A stretch of 64,000 nt of DNA, from IMG/VR virus record IMGVR_UViG_3300032266_000815. One strand, 5' to 3'. Below are positions 17,728 through 27,253 of the stretch, piece after piece. Within the stretch, counting starts at the first letter, position 1. The number at the start of each line of letters is the position of its first letter. Source of the DNA: an uncultured virus (IMG/VR IMGVR_UViG_3300032266_000815). Its lineage: Duplodnaviria > Heunggongvirae > Uroviricota > Caudoviricetes. Both the position numbers and the translations under genes were made by a program. Under the pieces are notes generated by a model. The model made no database searches. It was not told the origin of the DNA and saw only the letters and a list, made by a program, of their open reading frames with translations.

Positions 17728-17764
17728 TTATGTAGTATTTTTAGTTATTTATTCTTATTATTCA
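17723..17764. repeat. 42-bp direct repeat, copy 2
   Basis: Identical to 17365-17406. Confidence 0.95.
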
Positions 17765-19000
17765 GTAAAGTTTTCCGTGAGGTCCAAAATTTGGACCTTT
17801 TCTAATAGACAACCAAAACATATCAGTCCAAAATTCTTCATATTTTTGATTTGGTTTTAATGTAAGGACCTGATAAATAAAATCCAATTGCATCAATTTA
17901 CTATTTGCTAAATGTATATTCTGTTTAGATGAAGAAAATAAACTTTCAAATGTTAAAATAAAATCATCTTTTGTTCTAATATTAGTAGTACATAATGTTT
18001 TAATTTTTTCAAACATCAAAGCATATTCATCTTTTGATTTTTTAAATTCTTCCAGGTTTTTTGGATAGTTTTGATATTTATTATCAAAATCTAATCCATT
18101 ACTTTTTAATAAATCTATAACTTTATCGACTTGTGCTTTTCCACCTCTTGCGGAAGAAGATCCCACTGGCGTTCCTTCAAACTTTAAATTACTAAACGTA
18201 GATGAACCACTATTACTTTTAATTTGGAATTTGTATTTTGTTCCAAGTATGACAGATAAATCTTTTGTACCCAACACAATTTCTCCTCCTTTGTTCTTTA
18301 AAGACAAATCCAATTTAAGTTTAGTGTTAGATTTTGAAGTTGTGTATTGTTTTTTTACTCTTTTTAATGTTTTTTCATTTCCAATTCTAACATTAACTTC
18401 TTCAAATATAGCTTTTTTGCCTGATACTTTTTTCAAAGATATACCAACAACTCTTTTTCCTTTAAACATTTCTCTCAATATATCATTTAATTGGTCTATT
18501 GTCTGGCCACTAGTAGTTCCATTTTTTCCAATATGTTGATTTATTTCATTTTCTACTTTTTGTTTATCTTTAACTAACCAAATATCAACAGGAGACCAAT
18601 CTGCAATTTTCGTTATTCCTAAACTTTTTACTTTATCTTCAATAAAATTTCTAAAAGTTCCAGAACCTTTATATTCAAATACATCCCATTCTGGACTTGC
18701 GTATATATCAAAAATTTTTTCTTGTTGTTTTAAATATGATTGTAGCCAATCATATGGAATATCGCCCCCAAATATTTTTTTCAACTCACCATAGTCTTCA
18801 TCATTTTTAATACTATCTACTGTCGTATATACTTTAGTTCTATCGGTATTTCTTACAACTTTATTAAAAATCCAAACAGATGCTTTTTCTTGTTGAACAT
18901 CTGATGGATTTGTATTTAATGTGCTTCTTTTTTCTTCTATTGATTCTATATTTTTTTCATAAGCAGCAGACATTCTTTCAGAAACATTTACATTTTTCAT
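17762..19000 (-). CDS. Putative PD-(D/E)XK-type endonuclease
   Basis: QQEKAS, DWSPVDIWLV, VVGISLKK motifs; Lys-rich and AT-rich. Confidence 0.55.
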   Translation of the reverse strand: MKNVNVSERMSAAYEKNIESIEEKRSTLNTNPSDVQQEKASVWIFNKVVRNTDRTKVYTTVDSIKNDEDYGELKKIFGGDIPYDWLQSYLKQQEKIFDIYASPEWDVFEYKGSGTFRNFIEDKVKSLGITKIADWSPVDIWLVKDKQKVENEINQHIGKNGTTSGQTIDQLNDILREMFKGKRVVGISLKKVSGKKAIFEEVNVRIGNEKTLKRVKKQYTTSKSNTKLKLDLSLKNKGGEIVLGTKDLSVILGTKYKFQIKSNSGSSTFSNLKFEGTPVGSSSARGGKAQVDKVIDLLKSNGLDFDNKYQNYPKNLEEFKKSKDEYALMFEKIKTLCTTNIRTKDDFILTFESLFSSSKQNIHLANSKLMQLDFIYQVLTLKPNQKYEEFWTDMFWLSIRKGPNFGPHGKLY

Positions 19001-19034
19001 ATAAAAACCCCCTTTCTTATATTTAGAAAGGGGG
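19001..19034 (-). promoter_or_regulatory. Hairpin containing late promoter CTAAATA and the RBS, followed by a U-tract
   Basis: CCCCCTTTCT-AAATATA-AGAAAGGGGG-TTTTTAT-ATG. Confidence 0.75.
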
Positions 19035-19045
19035 AACTATAACTA

Positions 19046-19201
19046 TTATAGGTTTCTTATCTTTTCTTGGACAGATTCTGATGTTGCTTCAACTCTATAC
19101 TTAACTTCGTCCCTTCTGGAAAGTTCTGTAATAATTTCAGCAGCAATATCCCATAGTTCCGAAGAATGTCTATGATTATAAGGCCAAGTTACTGTATTCA
19201 T
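19046..19201 (-). CDS. Small hypothetical protein (51 aa, MNTVTWPYNHRHSSELWDI...)
   Basis: Hand-translated; AGGAG RBS and ATGA overlap with mazG. Confidence 0.7.
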   Translation of the reverse strand: MNTVTWPYNHRHSSELWDIAAEIITELSRRDEVKYRVEATSESVQEKIRNL

Positions 19202-19608
19202 AAATCTCCTTCCTTACGATTTTCACTTCTATAAACATCAAATGTTCCTTCTGGATATCTTGCCGATAGTTTTTGATAGTTGATTTCCATCAATTCTTCA
19301 AATGTAGTATCTAAAGCAATACATACTTGGGACATATACCATAAAATATCTCCTGCCTCCTTCTTCATATGAACGATATTATCTTCATTATAAGGTTTAC
19401 CTTGAAGAAACATTTTCTTTACAATTTCAGTAAATTCCCCTGCTTCGGCACTTATACCAAATGCAGCAGTCAAAAGACGAGGAACATCAGCACCTAATGT
19501 TCCCAATTCATCCAAACGAGCAGTAAGGCTGGAATACTTACTACTTGCTTCACTAGTAGTTTGCTTTACAAACTCAATATACTTACTTGGTTCAATATTA
19601 TTAGACAT
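19198..19608 (-). CDS. mazG: MazG-like nucleoside triphosphate pyrophosphohydrolase
   Basis: AEAGEFTEIVKK...KEAGDILWY...NYQKLSARYP. Confidence 0.92.
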   Translation of the reverse strand: MSNNIEPSKYIEFVKQTTSEASSKYSSLTARLDELGTLGADVPRLLTAAFGISAEAGEFTEIVKKMFLQGKPYNEDNIVHMKKEAGDILWYMSQVCIALDTTFEELMEINYQKLSARYPEGTFDVYRSENRKEGDL

Positions 19609-20984
19609 TAGAATTTAAATCCTGAAAATTTACTTTGGTTTTGGTTTTCATCATAAGTATACTCTTCTTCTTTACCAGAGTCAAGTATATCCTTTTGAGC
19701 ATTTTGTTCTACATCATAAAGACGCATTTTTGCTCTATCAATTCCAACTACAAATCTCTTATTCATTGTTGGGTCATTATATCGGTTCTTTAACTGTTTT
19801 ACCATAATCTGTCCAAGTTGTTCCAGTTCTTCTGTAGAAATCAAAGCAAACATTAAATCAGCAGTTGCGGGCAAACCAAAACTTTCAGATGTATCAGTCA
19901 AGTCTGGGTCTGAATTTGTTGAACCACTACGAGTAGTTTGAGTAGCAGAGACGATTGGAACATTTGCCTCTACAGCAAGTCCTCTTAATTCTTCGGCAAT
20001 TGATTTAATATAAGAATAAGAATTGACCGAAATATTACCTTTATATCTAGAAGAAGCACAAATATTTAAATAATCAATAAAAATAATATCAGGACGAAAT
20101 GATTTCTTGAGTTGCAGTTCATTTAATAATGCTCTAAAATGTCCCGAATGTGCTGAAGCAGTTGGATATTCTTTAATGATTAAAGTTCCTTGTGTTTTCT
20201 TTGCAATAGCATTTACTTTACTTTCAAACATTATTTTTGGAAGTGTTTCGATATCTTTGATATTAATATTTAAAAGATTTGCATCAATACGTTCGGCAAT
20301 CTTTTCTTCTGACATTTCAAGAGTTATATAAAGAACATTTTTTCCTTGTAAAAGAACAGAAGAAGCAACGTGACACATAAAAAGAGATTTACCAACACCA
20401 GTTCCGGCAAGAGCAATATTAAGTGTCTTATTGGGCATACCACCTTTGGTAATCTTATTGAAATAATCTAAATCAAAGGATATTCTTTCCTGTTTTCTAT
20501 GATAAAACTCAAATCGTTTTTCGAAATCATTTAAATAATCATGCCCAACATTATTATCAAATCCAACTGCTAATGCTTCTTGAAGAATACTTGGAATTGC
20601 ATCTCTATTTTTCTTTTCATCTTGCCCATCGGCAATTTTAATACTTTCCATCAAAGCAAGATAAATTGCTCTATCCCGACACCACTTTTCTGTAGTGTCT
20701 GATACCCATTCTAAATCTGCGTGTCCATCATCAAGTTTTGAAACATAATCACAAATAGTTTTATAGGTATCTTCTGTAATATCAGTTCTTTTTTCAGTTT
20801 CAATCAGAAGAACTTCTTTTGTAGCAAGTTCTTCATAAGCAACAATAAACTTACAAATCTCTTCAAAAACTACTTTCTCGTGAAGATTTTCAAAATATTC
20901 AGATTTGATAAATGGTAATACTTTTCTACAATATTCATTATTGAAGAGAAGATTACGAAGAATAGTAGTTTCGACTTTTTCCAT
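19608..20984 (-). CDS. g41: Replicative DNA helicase (T4 gp41)
   Basis: AGTGVGKS, ITLEM, FIDYLNI, SATQTTR, KNRY. Confidence 0.97.
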   Translation of the reverse strand: MEKVETTILRNLLFNNEYCRKVLPFIKSEYFENLHEKVVFEEICKFIVAYEELATKEVLLIETEKRTDITEDTYKTICDYVSKLDDGHADLEWVSDTTEKWCRDRAIYLALMESIKIADGQDEKKNRDAIPSILQEALAVGFDNNVGHDYLNDFEKRFEFYHRKQERISFDLDYFNKITKGGMPNKTLNIALAGTGVGKSLFMCHVASSVLLQGKNVLYITLEMSEEKIAERIDANLLNINIKDIETLPKIMFESKVNAIAKKTQGTLIIKEYPTASAHSGHFRALLNELQLKKSFRPDIIFIDYLNICASSRYKGNISVNSYSYIKSIAEELRGLAVEANVPIVSATQTTRSGSTNSDPDLTDTSESFGLPATADLMFALISTEELEQLGQIMVKQLKNRYNDPTMNKRFVVGIDRAKMRLYDVEQNAQKDILDSGKEEEYTYDENQNQSKFSGFKF

Positions 20985-21541
20985 TACTTATAGTGTAGAT
21001 ATGTACTAATAATATATTTTTGAGAACTAATTGGGATTAGTCCAGCATGTGGGAACATCCAGAGGGGAGGAAATACAAGAAGATTTCCTTTCTTTGGTTT
21101 AATCATCACATCAACAAATCGTGTTTCACCTCCCACCTCGACATCATTAAGATACCACATAAAAGATAAAAATCTTCTTGCGGTTTCATAATCAGTTACA
21201 TCAACATGAGTATCAAATAAATCATTCCCATCATTATTATATCGTTTAATACGAAATTGCTCAAATGCGTGTTGTTCTGGAAATACTCTACCATCTACCA
21301 TTTCATAATATTGATTACGATAATCAAATGTTTTTTGAATAAGATGATTATGAACTTGAGTTACTTCCTCATTAAGATTACAATTTTCCGTAAGATTAAA
21401 TTGAGTGAAGTTTGGTTTTCTTTCATTATCTACCCGTTGTTGTTTTTCTGGAACTTGTTCGAATAGATTAATCAAAAAATCACATATATTTTCTTCAAGC
21501 ACATTATCATAAACTTGAATTAAATTACTAAGCGTTGCCAT
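20984..21541 (-). CDS. 2OG-Fe(II) oxygenase
   Basis: HVD, YLNDVEVGGET, FPH, KY. Confidence 0.9.
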   Translation of the reverse strand: MATLSNLIQVYDNVLEENICDFLINLFEQVPEKQQRVDNERKPNFTQFNLTENCNLNEEVTQVHNHLIQKTFDYRNQYYEMVDGRVFPEQHAFEQFRIKRYNNDGNDLFDTHVDVTDYETARRFLSFMWYLNDVEVGGETRFVDVMIKPKKGNLLVFPPLWMFPHAGLIPISSQKYIISTYLHYK

Positions 21542-22535
21542 AACTAAATTCCTTTTTGGCTGTTTCATCAAGTGCCTGCATTATTTCTGGCGTAAAGTAT
21601 TTCTCTGGATTTTTTAGTATCTCCTTTGCATAAAGTTTCTTACCATCAATTTCATAACGTCCAGCAGAATTCTTCCAAAGACCCCCAATCTCTCCAAGTT
21701 CTAGAAGTCCATAATATCTGTCCAATCCACGTTCATCATAGAACAAACGTATTTCAACATCTTGATTTTCTTTACTTAAACGTGATTTAGCCGTCTTTGC
21801 CTTGATAATATTTCCAATAACTTCTGTTCCGTCCTTCTCCTTTTTCTTTGAAAGATGAATGATTGTAGAAGCCGCATACTTAAGACCACTACCACCCCCC
21901 ATTTCTTTAGTAGGAACATAAGCACCGATAACATCATATGTGTGATTAGTCACAATCATTGGAATATTTGCTTGTCCAAGTTTCAAAGTAAGCATACGAA
22001 ATGCACCTTTGATGAGTTGAGATTTGGTCATATCCCTTACCTCTTTGTCATTCAGGGCATCAGTAATTTCTTTACTGGTTGAAAGCATTCCTAAAGAGTC
22101 AAGAACAAACATACAAGGATTACGTTCACCTTCTGGTTTCTTCAAGTAAAGATCAACTGCCTTCAGTGCCTTACCACGAAACTCTTCTACGGTGACAACA
22201 TTGACCACAACCACACGAGTTGTGTCAACTCCTCTACTCTCCAATAAGGATCTTGTGATCGCAGCTTCAGTATCAAAATAGAGACAATATCCAGTAGGAT
22301 TATTATCAAGGAAATTCTTGACCACTGCCAAACTAAAAAAAGTTTTTCCAGTGCTACTTTCACCTGCAATTGCAGTAATCTTGTTGCCAGAAACCCCACC
22401 AAAGATACTCCCACTGACAAGAGCATTAAAGATGTACGAACCCGTATCCACATAAGTTTCAGTTTCATCAATATTTGATGCCAGTTGTGTATATTCTCCG
22501 CCAATTTCTTTTACAATATCTTTAAGAAAATCCAT
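21528..22535 (-). CDS. uvsX: RecA-like recombinase
   Basis: AGESSTGKT, FDTE, LDSLGML, MGGGSG. Confidence 0.96.
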   Translation of the reverse strand: MDFLKDIVKEIGGEYTQLASNIDETETYVDTGSYIFNALVSGSIFGGVSGNKITAIAGESSTGKTFFSLAVVKNFLDNNPTGYCLYFDTEAAITRSLLESRGVDTTRVVVVNVVTVEEFRGKALKAVDLYLKKPEGERNPCMFVLDSLGMLSTSKEITDALNDKEVRDMTKSQLIKGAFRMLTLKLGQANIPMIVTNHTYDVIGAYVPTKEMGGGSGLKYAASTIIHLSKKKEKDGTEVIGNIIKAKTAKSRLSKENQDVEIRLFYDERGLDRYYGLLELGEIGGLWKNSAGRYEIDGKKLYAKEILKNPEKYFTPEIMQALDETAKKEFSYGNA

Positions 22536-22702
22536 TAAATCACCATCCCGTATTGTTCACGAAGTATTTTTTTATAATAATCAGGATTTGTATTCCTGAC
22601 TTCCTTTACAGTTTTAAGTTTTTTATAAAGTGCAGCATCACCTCCCACACCAAGAGCACTAATGATCGTATCAAGTTCCTTGTCGTTAATTGGTAATTCC
22701 AT
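22535..22702 (-). CDS. Small hypothetical protein
   Basis: Likely start MELPIND overlapping the g43 stop. Confidence 0.65.
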   Translation of the reverse strand: MELPINDKELDTIISALGVGGDAALYKKLKTVKEVRNTNPDYYKKILREQYGMVI

Positions 22703-25197
22703 TAGGTAAAAAAGAGTTCTAAATTTACAGTTTTTTTCACATTCCATCCAATTGCATCCAAGATAACTTTCATTGGATCAAGGAAACCTTTATTGAATTG
22801 TAGTTCATAATCAATATATTTGTCCAGTCCCAATTCTTTTGGAAACATTTGAATGAATGCAATTACGTTCTCACGAATTGGATTTGGAAGTTTAAGATAA
22901 CAAAATTTGATCTTTTCACCATTTTGAATGAGTGCATATTTTTTATCCAATCCTTTCTCCTTAATCATATAATTGTATATCAAAGCACCTCTTGCATGAA
23001 TTGGAGTTCCCTTACCATAAAGAGTAGAAACTGCTTTATGTTTATTTACATCCGAAACCATACGAGGAAAAGATATTTCTTCAGGAGAAAGACCATTAAA
23101 AGTTTCACGACAACTATCTATATAAGAAATCATTTCATCTTCAGTTTTACTCATTACTATCTTCAGACCTTCCTTAATCATTTGACGACAAGGAGCAGGA
23201 GTAGAAGATTTAACTGCTTCAATTCCCATAATCTTAAGCTTTGGTTCATCATAACGAACACCTTCACTATCCCAAACATTTAGAATATAACGCTTCTTAG
23301 CAGTCCAGATACCACGATCAGCAATATTCTCACGCTTCATTTGCATCTTCTGGGCATAAGCATTCACATAATCTGCCAGTTCTTGATAAGAACCTTCAAT
23401 ATACTTCTCAAGTTCCACTTCACAGATCTTATCAAGGAACGAAACAACGCTTTCAGAAGTTTTCTCTCTTCCCTTGAATACATTTTCAACCAAAGGACCC
23501 AAATTAAGATAAATGGAGTCAGTATCAGAAGCAATAACATAATCTTTATTGTTTGTTTTAAGAACTTTATTGAGGTACTGGTTCATTTTATTTTCAATCC
23601 AACGAATTGAAACCTGTCCCGAAAGAGTGATTGCCTCCGCATTTGCTAACTTATAATAACGAAAGTATTCATTACCAATCGCACCATAAGCAGAGTTTAG
23701 AGAAATCTTTTTTGCCATTTGAATATTATTACATCTAGCAATTTCCTTTTCTATCTCTTTTGTTGGAGTTTTTTCATATTGTTGTTTAGCGACAAGCATT
23801 TTTTTCTTAAAAATAACTCGGTCATTATACATTTTCTCCATCAGTTCTGGAAGAAAACCACGAACATCTTTGTGATACATCGCACCATTCGCACATACCG
23901 CATAATCTTTATAATTAGAAAAATCAAGTTCCTTATTTAAGATTTTATCTACAGATACACTCGGGTGACGATTTTCTAATAAAGTCTCAGGGCTTATATT
24001 ATATTGCATCATCAAATGTGGATAGAGACTATTTAAGTCAAAACTTACTACCCAAACATACTTGCCAGGAATTGGTTCTTTTACATAAGCACCAGCAAAC
24101 TTATCACTTTTTGTAGAGCGATCTTTTTGTGGAATTACAATATTTCTTTTTTTCAAATAATTGAAAATAATCGCATCCCAAGTTCTTACTTGATAAAAAA
24201 CATCTTGATAATTAACTTTTGCATCATATGCCATCGTAAAACAAAGTTCAATTAACTTCATCTTATCTTCAAGCCTATCAACCAGTTCTACGTCTTTGAT
24301 ATTATAATCAATAAACTTTTGCCAATTTTGAGTATAAAAATCTTTAAAGGTTTCAAACTCAGAGTGATCCAACTTCTGTTGTCCCAGTTCTACGTTTGCA
24401 ATATGATCAAGACGATAACTTTCCTGATTTGTATAAGTAAACTTCTTATACAAATCAAGATAATCAATCACAGAAACTCCAGCAATACTATAAGAGATTT
24501 GATCTCTACCAGCAATCATCATTTCTTTTCTGTGAATGTTCTTCCAGGGCGAAAGACGACGAGCATCTTTTTCTCCAAGAATTCTATCAATTCTTCCTGC
24601 AATATAAGGAATATCATAAAGTTCACAATTCCACCCAGTTACAACATCAGGTGTTTGTTCTTCCCAAAATGCTAAAAATCTATGAATTAAATCGATTTCA
24701 TCACTACACTCTACATACATCACATCCTTACGGGTATTATTATAAGGACGAGAACCAAAACAAATAATCTGTTTGGTTGCATAGTTTTGTAGAGTAATCG
24801 CAAGAAGTTCTTCGGCACAATCGAAAACATTCGGAAATCCACCTTCAGAAGCAACCTCAATATCAATTGTTACTAGACGAATTTTCTTAATATCAAACTT
24901 GATTTCATCTTCTGGATATTTTTCAGAAATATATTGTGCCTTGTAATTATCATTTCCATAAATTGGAAATCCTTCTACCATCGCATATTTTGCAAAGAAA
25001 TCTTTACATTCGGAAATCTTACCAGGTCGAATTGGTTCTACATCCAATCCATCTAAAGTTTTATGCTTGCTTTTCTTTTTGGAAAGAACATAAAGAGTGG
25101 GATGAAACTCCTCTTCATATGAAAAGTAGTTTCCATCCTCATAACCCCTCACATAGATTTTATTGAATTTTTCATAAACATTTGTATAAAATCTCAT
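22702..25197 (-). CDS. g43: Family B DNA polymerase (T4 gp43)
   Basis: DIEV, DLNSLYP, KISLNSAYG, SDTDS, KKRY. Confidence 0.98.
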   Translation of the reverse strand: MRFYTNVYEKFNKIYVRGYEDGNYFSYEEEFHPTLYVLSKKKSKHKTLDGLDVEPIRPGKISECKDFFAKYAMVEGFPIYGNDNYKAQYISEKYPEDEIKFDIKKIRLVTIDIEVASEGGFPNVFDCAEELLAITLQNYATKQIICFGSRPYNNTRKDVMYVECSDEIDLIHRFLAFWEEQTPDVVTGWNCELYDIPYIAGRIDRILGEKDARRLSPWKNIHRKEMMIAGRDQISYSIAGVSVIDYLDLYKKFTYTNQESYRLDHIANVELGQQKLDHSEFETFKDFYTQNWQKFIDYNIKDVELVDRLEDKMKLIELCFTMAYDAKVNYQDVFYQVRTWDAIIFNYLKKRNIVIPQKDRSTKSDKFAGAYVKEPIPGKYVWVVSFDLNSLYPHLMMQYNISPETLLENRHPSVSVDKILNKELDFSNYKDYAVCANGAMYHKDVRGFLPELMEKMYNDRVIFKKKMLVAKQQYEKTPTKEIEKEIARCNNIQMAKKISLNSAYGAIGNEYFRYYKLANAEAITLSGQVSIRWIENKMNQYLNKVLKTNNKDYVIASDTDSIYLNLGPLVENVFKGREKTSESVVSFLDKICEVELEKYIEGSYQELADYVNAYAQKMQMKRENIADRGIWTAKKRYILNVWDSEGVRYDEPKLKIMGIEAVKSSTPAPCRQMIKEGLKIVMSKTEDEMISYIDSCRETFNGLSPEEISFPRMVSDVNKHKAVSTLYGKGTPIHARGALIYNYMIKEKGLDKKYALIQNGEKIKFCYLKLPNPIRENVIAFIQMFPKELGLDKYIDYELQFNKGFLDPMKVILDAIGWNVKKTVNLELFFT

Positions 25198-25490
25198 TTA
25201 ATTAATTTAAGATAGTTATCAAGCATTTTTCCTTTTGGTTCTACAAGAGTTAAAATTTTATCAGAACTCAACATAATTTCGGTCTTATCTGTATAATCAC
25301 TCATCCAGGGAACCATTTCTTGGTCATCAAGAATAAGGTGAGGATTGATTAATCTACAATCAGGTTGTCCAATATCTGCTAATACTTCCTGTATTTCGCT
25401 AATTAAAATCAACTTGTTCGTTAAGACTAATACTTGTATTGTTGTCTCCTCCACTTGCTCGTCCATCGGCAACGTCATTTCCTCTTCCAT
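25194..25490 (-). CDS. Conserved hypothetical protein
   Basis: ORF track; LISEI...CRLINP...PW pattern similar to its neighbour. Confidence 0.7.
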   Translation of the reverse strand: MEEEMTLPMDEQVEETTIQVLVLTNKLILISEIQEVLADIGQPDCRLINPHLILDDQEMVPWMSDYTDKTEIMLSSDKILTLVEPKGKMLDNYLKLIK

Positions 25491-25779
25491 TCATTTTCTC
25501 CTCGTAAGATTTTTTTACCATTTCTACTGGTTCCACAATTGAAACCACCCAATCTGTGCTTACCGCAATATCTTTTTCAGATGACAAAGGCATCCAAGAA
25601 TGAAAAGAAACACTATATTCCTTTTCAGTTTCTTCCGTTAATATCTGTGGAACTATAAGTTTTACAGCATAAGGATTTGAAAATAAAAATGAAACTACTT
25701 TTTCATCTTCACTTACAATCTCCTTGATATCCGCAATTACTTCTTCTCCAGATTTCAAAAGTGCTAATTTGATAGACAT
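25399..25779 (-). CDS. Conserved hypothetical protein
   Basis: MSIKLALLKSGEEVIADI...WMPLS...DWVVSIVEP. Confidence 0.75.
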   Translation of the reverse strand: MSIKLALLKSGEEVIADIKEIVSEDEKVVSFLFSNPYAVKLIVPQILTEETEKEYSVSFHSWMPLSSEKDIAVSTDWVVSIVEPVEMVKKSYEEKMNGRGNDVADGRASGGDNNTSISLNEQVDFN

Positions 25780-25800
25780 AAACCTTTCATACCTTTTTTT

Positions 25801-25852
25801 ATTATAAACAAAAAAATGGGAGGTGTCAACTGGTTTTTGCCAGTTACCTCCC
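25801..25852 (-). promoter_or_regulatory. Sigma70 promoter overlapping the hsp20 terminator
   Basis: TTGACA (25824-25829)-N17-TATAAT (25801-25806) inside the GGGAGGT...ACCTCCC stem and U-tract. Confidence 0.85.
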
Positions 25853-25881
25853 TGCGACAACGATAGTTAGCTCAATGTTAT

Positions 25882-26325
25882 TTAGTTAAGTTGATATACC
25901 TTTCTTTTCTGATGCTCTGGAATAACTCTATTTAGTTTAATAGTAAGTAACCCATCCTCAAAAGAAACATCTTTAACTTCCACATCATCAGAAAGAGTCC
26001 AGGTACGTGTAAATGCTCTTTTTGCTAATCCCTGATGTAGGTATTGATCTTCAGAATCATCCGCTTTCTTTGCTTGCACAAAGAGTTTATTCCATTCCGT
26101 GGTGACTTCAATATCGTTTCTCTTGTACCCAGCAAGTGCAATTTCTAACCTAAATTCAACACTACTTTCTTTCACTAAATTGTATGGTGGATAGTTAGTA
26201 TGCGTCTCGAACGCAGTATCAAACCTTTTAAACCACTCATCCAATCCAATACTATTTCTTTGAATCTCCATCAGATACTTTGCAGTTTCTGGTACTGAGA
26301 GTGTAAGCGAACTTGTTCCGAACAT
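25882..26325 (-). CDS. hsp20: Small heat-shock protein
   Basis: NYPPYNLV, LEIALAGY, GLAKRAFTRTW, FEDGLLTI. Confidence 0.95.
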   Translation of the reverse strand: MFGTSSLTLSVPETAKYLMEIQRNSIGLDEWFKRFDTAFETHTNYPPYNLVKESSVEFRLEIALAGYKRNDIEVTTEWNKLFVQAKKADDSEDQYLHQGLAKRAFTRTWTLSDDVEVKDVSFEDGLLTIKLNRVIPEHQKRKVYQLN

Positions 26326-26399
26326 AATAGACCTCCTTAAAGCGTCCGTAAGTTATTAATGTCCCCGAAGGCAACATCATTAGTATATATTGGAGAACA

Positions 26400-26428
26400 T
26401 AAAAAAAGCGAGGTGTTGTTCCCCGCTC
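26400..26428 (-). terminator. Intrinsic terminator after regA
   Basis: AGCGGGG...CCTCGCT followed by a T-tract. Confidence 0.7.
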
Positions 26429-26432
26429 ATTT

Positions 26433-26870
26433 TTATTCGGTTTCTTGGGGTTTTCCCTTCTTTCCGATATTATACTTTGTTTCTAAAATCCATTCGCCCT
26501 TTTCCTTGTAAGCAAGAACTTTAATTTGGTTCAACGGCGCGATATCAGTAATATTTTCTGGTTTTACGATTGTAACCAGACCCCAATCAGCAACTAACTG
26601 AACAATACGATTACGACGTTGAATATCATTTGCAGTTAGATTTGCGTGTTTACCATCAAGGGCAAACAATTCTTTAAAATGAACAAGATAGTATCTACCT
26701 TGTTTATGAAGAATATGGCAGCTCTGATAGATTTTCTTTTCCTTGCGCGAAGCAACTCCGATACGAGTCAAAGTCTCACGAACTTTCAAGAAGTCGTCAG
26801 GTTCATTTAATAGAACCTCGACCATCATATCTGGTGTCCACTTTACTTCTGGTTCCTGTATAACACTCAT
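26433..26870 (-). CDS. regA: Translational repressor RegA
   Basis: DDFLKVRETLTRIG, QSCHILHKQGRYY, HFKELF. Confidence 0.96.
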   Translation of the reverse strand: MSVIQEPEVKWTPDMMVEVLLNEPDDFLKVRETLTRIGVASRKEKKIYQSCHILHKQGRYYLVHFKELFALDGKHANLTANDIQRRNRIVQLVADWGLVTIVKPENITDIAPLNQIKVLAYKEKGEWILETKYNIGKKGKPQETE

Positions 26871-27253
26871 TTTTTTCCTCCAGTCTCAAATTTGGATTTA
26901 ATAAAGTTAATTTGTTCTTTTGTTAATATTCTCAGAGCTTGTTGTGCCTTTTCATTATTATAACCATAATAACGTTTGACATAATCAAGATCCTTGATCG
27001 TATCTTTACGAAGCCAAGGAGAAAATCTCTTCTTAGTTCTGAGAATATTTATAAGAAAGTCGTATTGTAACTTTTTATCAAGATGATGATTTATATTCAT
27101 CTCATTTGAAAACATCAAAGAATCAATATGACCAGAAAAACATTTATTAATTATATAAGGTACATAATCTTTTACACTATCTGGATTAGTGTCCATTATA
27201 TTGGACTTTGTTTGATTAATTGAATTCAACCAGTCCTTCAGTTCGTAAGTCAT
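26867..27253 (-). CDS. g62: Clamp loader small subunit (gp62)
   Basis: YVPYIIN, KRFSPW, YYGYNNEKA; synteny. Confidence 0.92.
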   Translation of the reverse strand: MTYELKDWLNSINQTKSNIMDTNPDSVKDYVPYIINKCFSGHIDSLMFSNEMNINHHLDKKLQYDFLINILRTKKRFSPWLRKDTIKDLDYVKRYYGYNNEKAQQALRILTKEQINFIKSKFETGGKK

